Position numbers and translations under genes: made by a program. A DNA stretch of 64,000 nucleotides from Acidimicrobiales bacterium. GTDB lineage: Bacteria > Actinomycetota > Acidimicrobiia > Acidimicrobiales > RAAP-2. The DNA is taken from positions 3,693 through 67,692 of the forward strand of contig DASZNG010000162.1 of assembly GCA_035551535.1 (NCBI GenBank), read 5' to 3'. How positions within the stretch are numbered: position 1 is the first letter of the stretch; each line of letters begins with the position of its first letter. This document shows, piece after piece, positions 63,260 to 64,000 of this stretch. A model generated the notes under the pieces. The model had not been told where the DNA came from, did no database searches, and was given only the letters and a program-made list of their open reading frames with translations.

Positions 63260-64000
63260 ATGGACGATCTCGACGGGAAAGTGGCCCTGGTCACCGGGGC
63301 CAGCCGGGGGGTGGGCGCGGCGACCGCGGTGGCGTTGGCCGAGTCCGGCTGCCATGTCGCCTGCGCCGCCCGCTCCACCCGCGACCAGCCCCAACGAACG
63401 TCCGGCACCATCGACGAGACCGTGGCCCGGGTCACGGCGGCTGGACGGCAGGGCCTGGCTGTCCCCACCAACCTGGCGGTCGACGCCGAGGTCGAGGCGA
63501 TGGTGGACACCACGCTCGATCATTTCGGCCGACTGGACATCTTGATCAACAACGCCGCCATCACCTTCATCGGCGATTTGGATATTCCGCTGCGGCGGTT
63601 CGATCTGGTGATGCAGGTGAACATGCGGGCCCCGATGATCGCCATCCGCCGGGCGGTCCCGGCCATGCGCTCCGCCGGTGGGGGCTCGGTGGTCAACCTC
63701 TCGTCGGTGGCCGCCCTCTACCCCCATCCGTCGCTCATGGCTTACGGCATGTCCAAGGTGGCCCTCGAGCGGCTGACGGTCGACGCGGCTTCCCAACTGG
63801 CCGACGACGGCATCGCCGTCAACTGCTTCCGCATCGACGTGGCCGTCGCCTCGGAGGGTTTCGTCGCCAATACCCCCGGCGCCGACCACTCGGATTGGGA
63901 GCCGTCCGAAGTGGCCGCCGAAGGCATCGTCTGGATGGTGTGCCAGCCGGTGGCCTACTCCGGCCGGCGGGAGAGCATGTTCGCCCTTCGACGCCGCGAG
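63260..64000 (+). CDS. SDR family oxidoreductase (3' end beyond the window)
   Basis: Absent from the ORF track (no stop in the window). Hand translation from ATG 63260: MDDLDGKVALVTGASRGVGAATA...LINNAA...YGMSKVALERLT. Confidence 0.8.
   Translation, partial: MDDLDGKVALVTGASRGVGAATAVALAESGCHVACAARSTRDQPQRTSGTIDETVARVTAAGRQGLAVPTNLAVDAEVEAMVDTTLDHFGRLDILINNAAITFIGDLDIPLRRFDLVMQVNMRAPMIAIRRAVPAMRSAGGGSVVNLSSVAALYPHPSLMAYGMSKVALERLTVDAASQLADDGIAVNCFRIDVAVASEGFVANTPGADHSDWEPSEVAAEGIVWMVCQPVAYSGRRESMFALRRRE

Noticed and set aside
1-64000. A search for CRISPR arrays, transposase/integrase genes, long terminal repeats, prophage genes, toxin-antitoxin pairs or known defence-system genes
   Set aside because: None was found. 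There are no regularly spaced direct repeats. No DDE, serine- or tyrosine-recombinase-like ORFs are present. Every sizeable ORF I accept has a metabolic, regulatory or envelope signature.

Overview
This is a 64-kb, very GC-rich, densely coding segment that looks like chromosomal Actinomycetota DNA. Third codon positions are almost all G/C, and many neighbouring genes share 4-nt ATGA/GTGA stop-start overlaps. I support 67 CDS, two of them truncated by the window edges and therefore absent from the ORF track. I also report one in-frame tandem repeat, a few candidate operators, and a few hairpins. I found no rRNA, tRNA, CRISPR array, transposase, integrase, phage gene or recognisable defence gene. 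Many long ORFs in the track are antisense or off-frame shadows typical of high-GC DNA, and I did not call them.

Most genes are ordinary metabolic or regulatory genes:
- SDRs, VOC/glyoxalase-fold proteins, a P450, an aldo/keto reductase (AKR), an acyl-CoA dehydrogenase, an enoyl-CoA hydratase, and TetR/ArsR regulators.
- Two OmpR-type two-component systems (TCS), CysH, ClpP and QueC/QueD.

The items most worth a second look are:
1. A translationally coupled module appears twice, as diverged inverted paralogues at 21.6-26.3 kb and 32.1-35.7 kb. Its genes are: membrane anchor with a Ser/Thr/Pro-rich tail, ApbE flavin transferase, di-haem ferric-reductase-like membrane protein, NuoF-like FMN/4Fe-4S protein, and small ferredoxin. 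Both ApbE copies appear to lack an export signal.
2. A fused AT3 membrane acyltransferase / adenylate-forming ligase gene sits directly upstream of a ComA-family phosphosulfolactate synthase, a VOC protein and a histidine phosphatase (12.6-17.1 kb).
3. A single polypeptide combines sigma-70 regions 2/4 with GAF and ANTAR domains.
4. queD-queC are translationally coupled to a GT9 glycosyltransferase and an unknown protein, with a convergent DUF4254 gene.
5. Two inverted paralogous methyltransferases bracket about 12.8 kb.

All functional calls come from motif recognition by eye. No database search was run.
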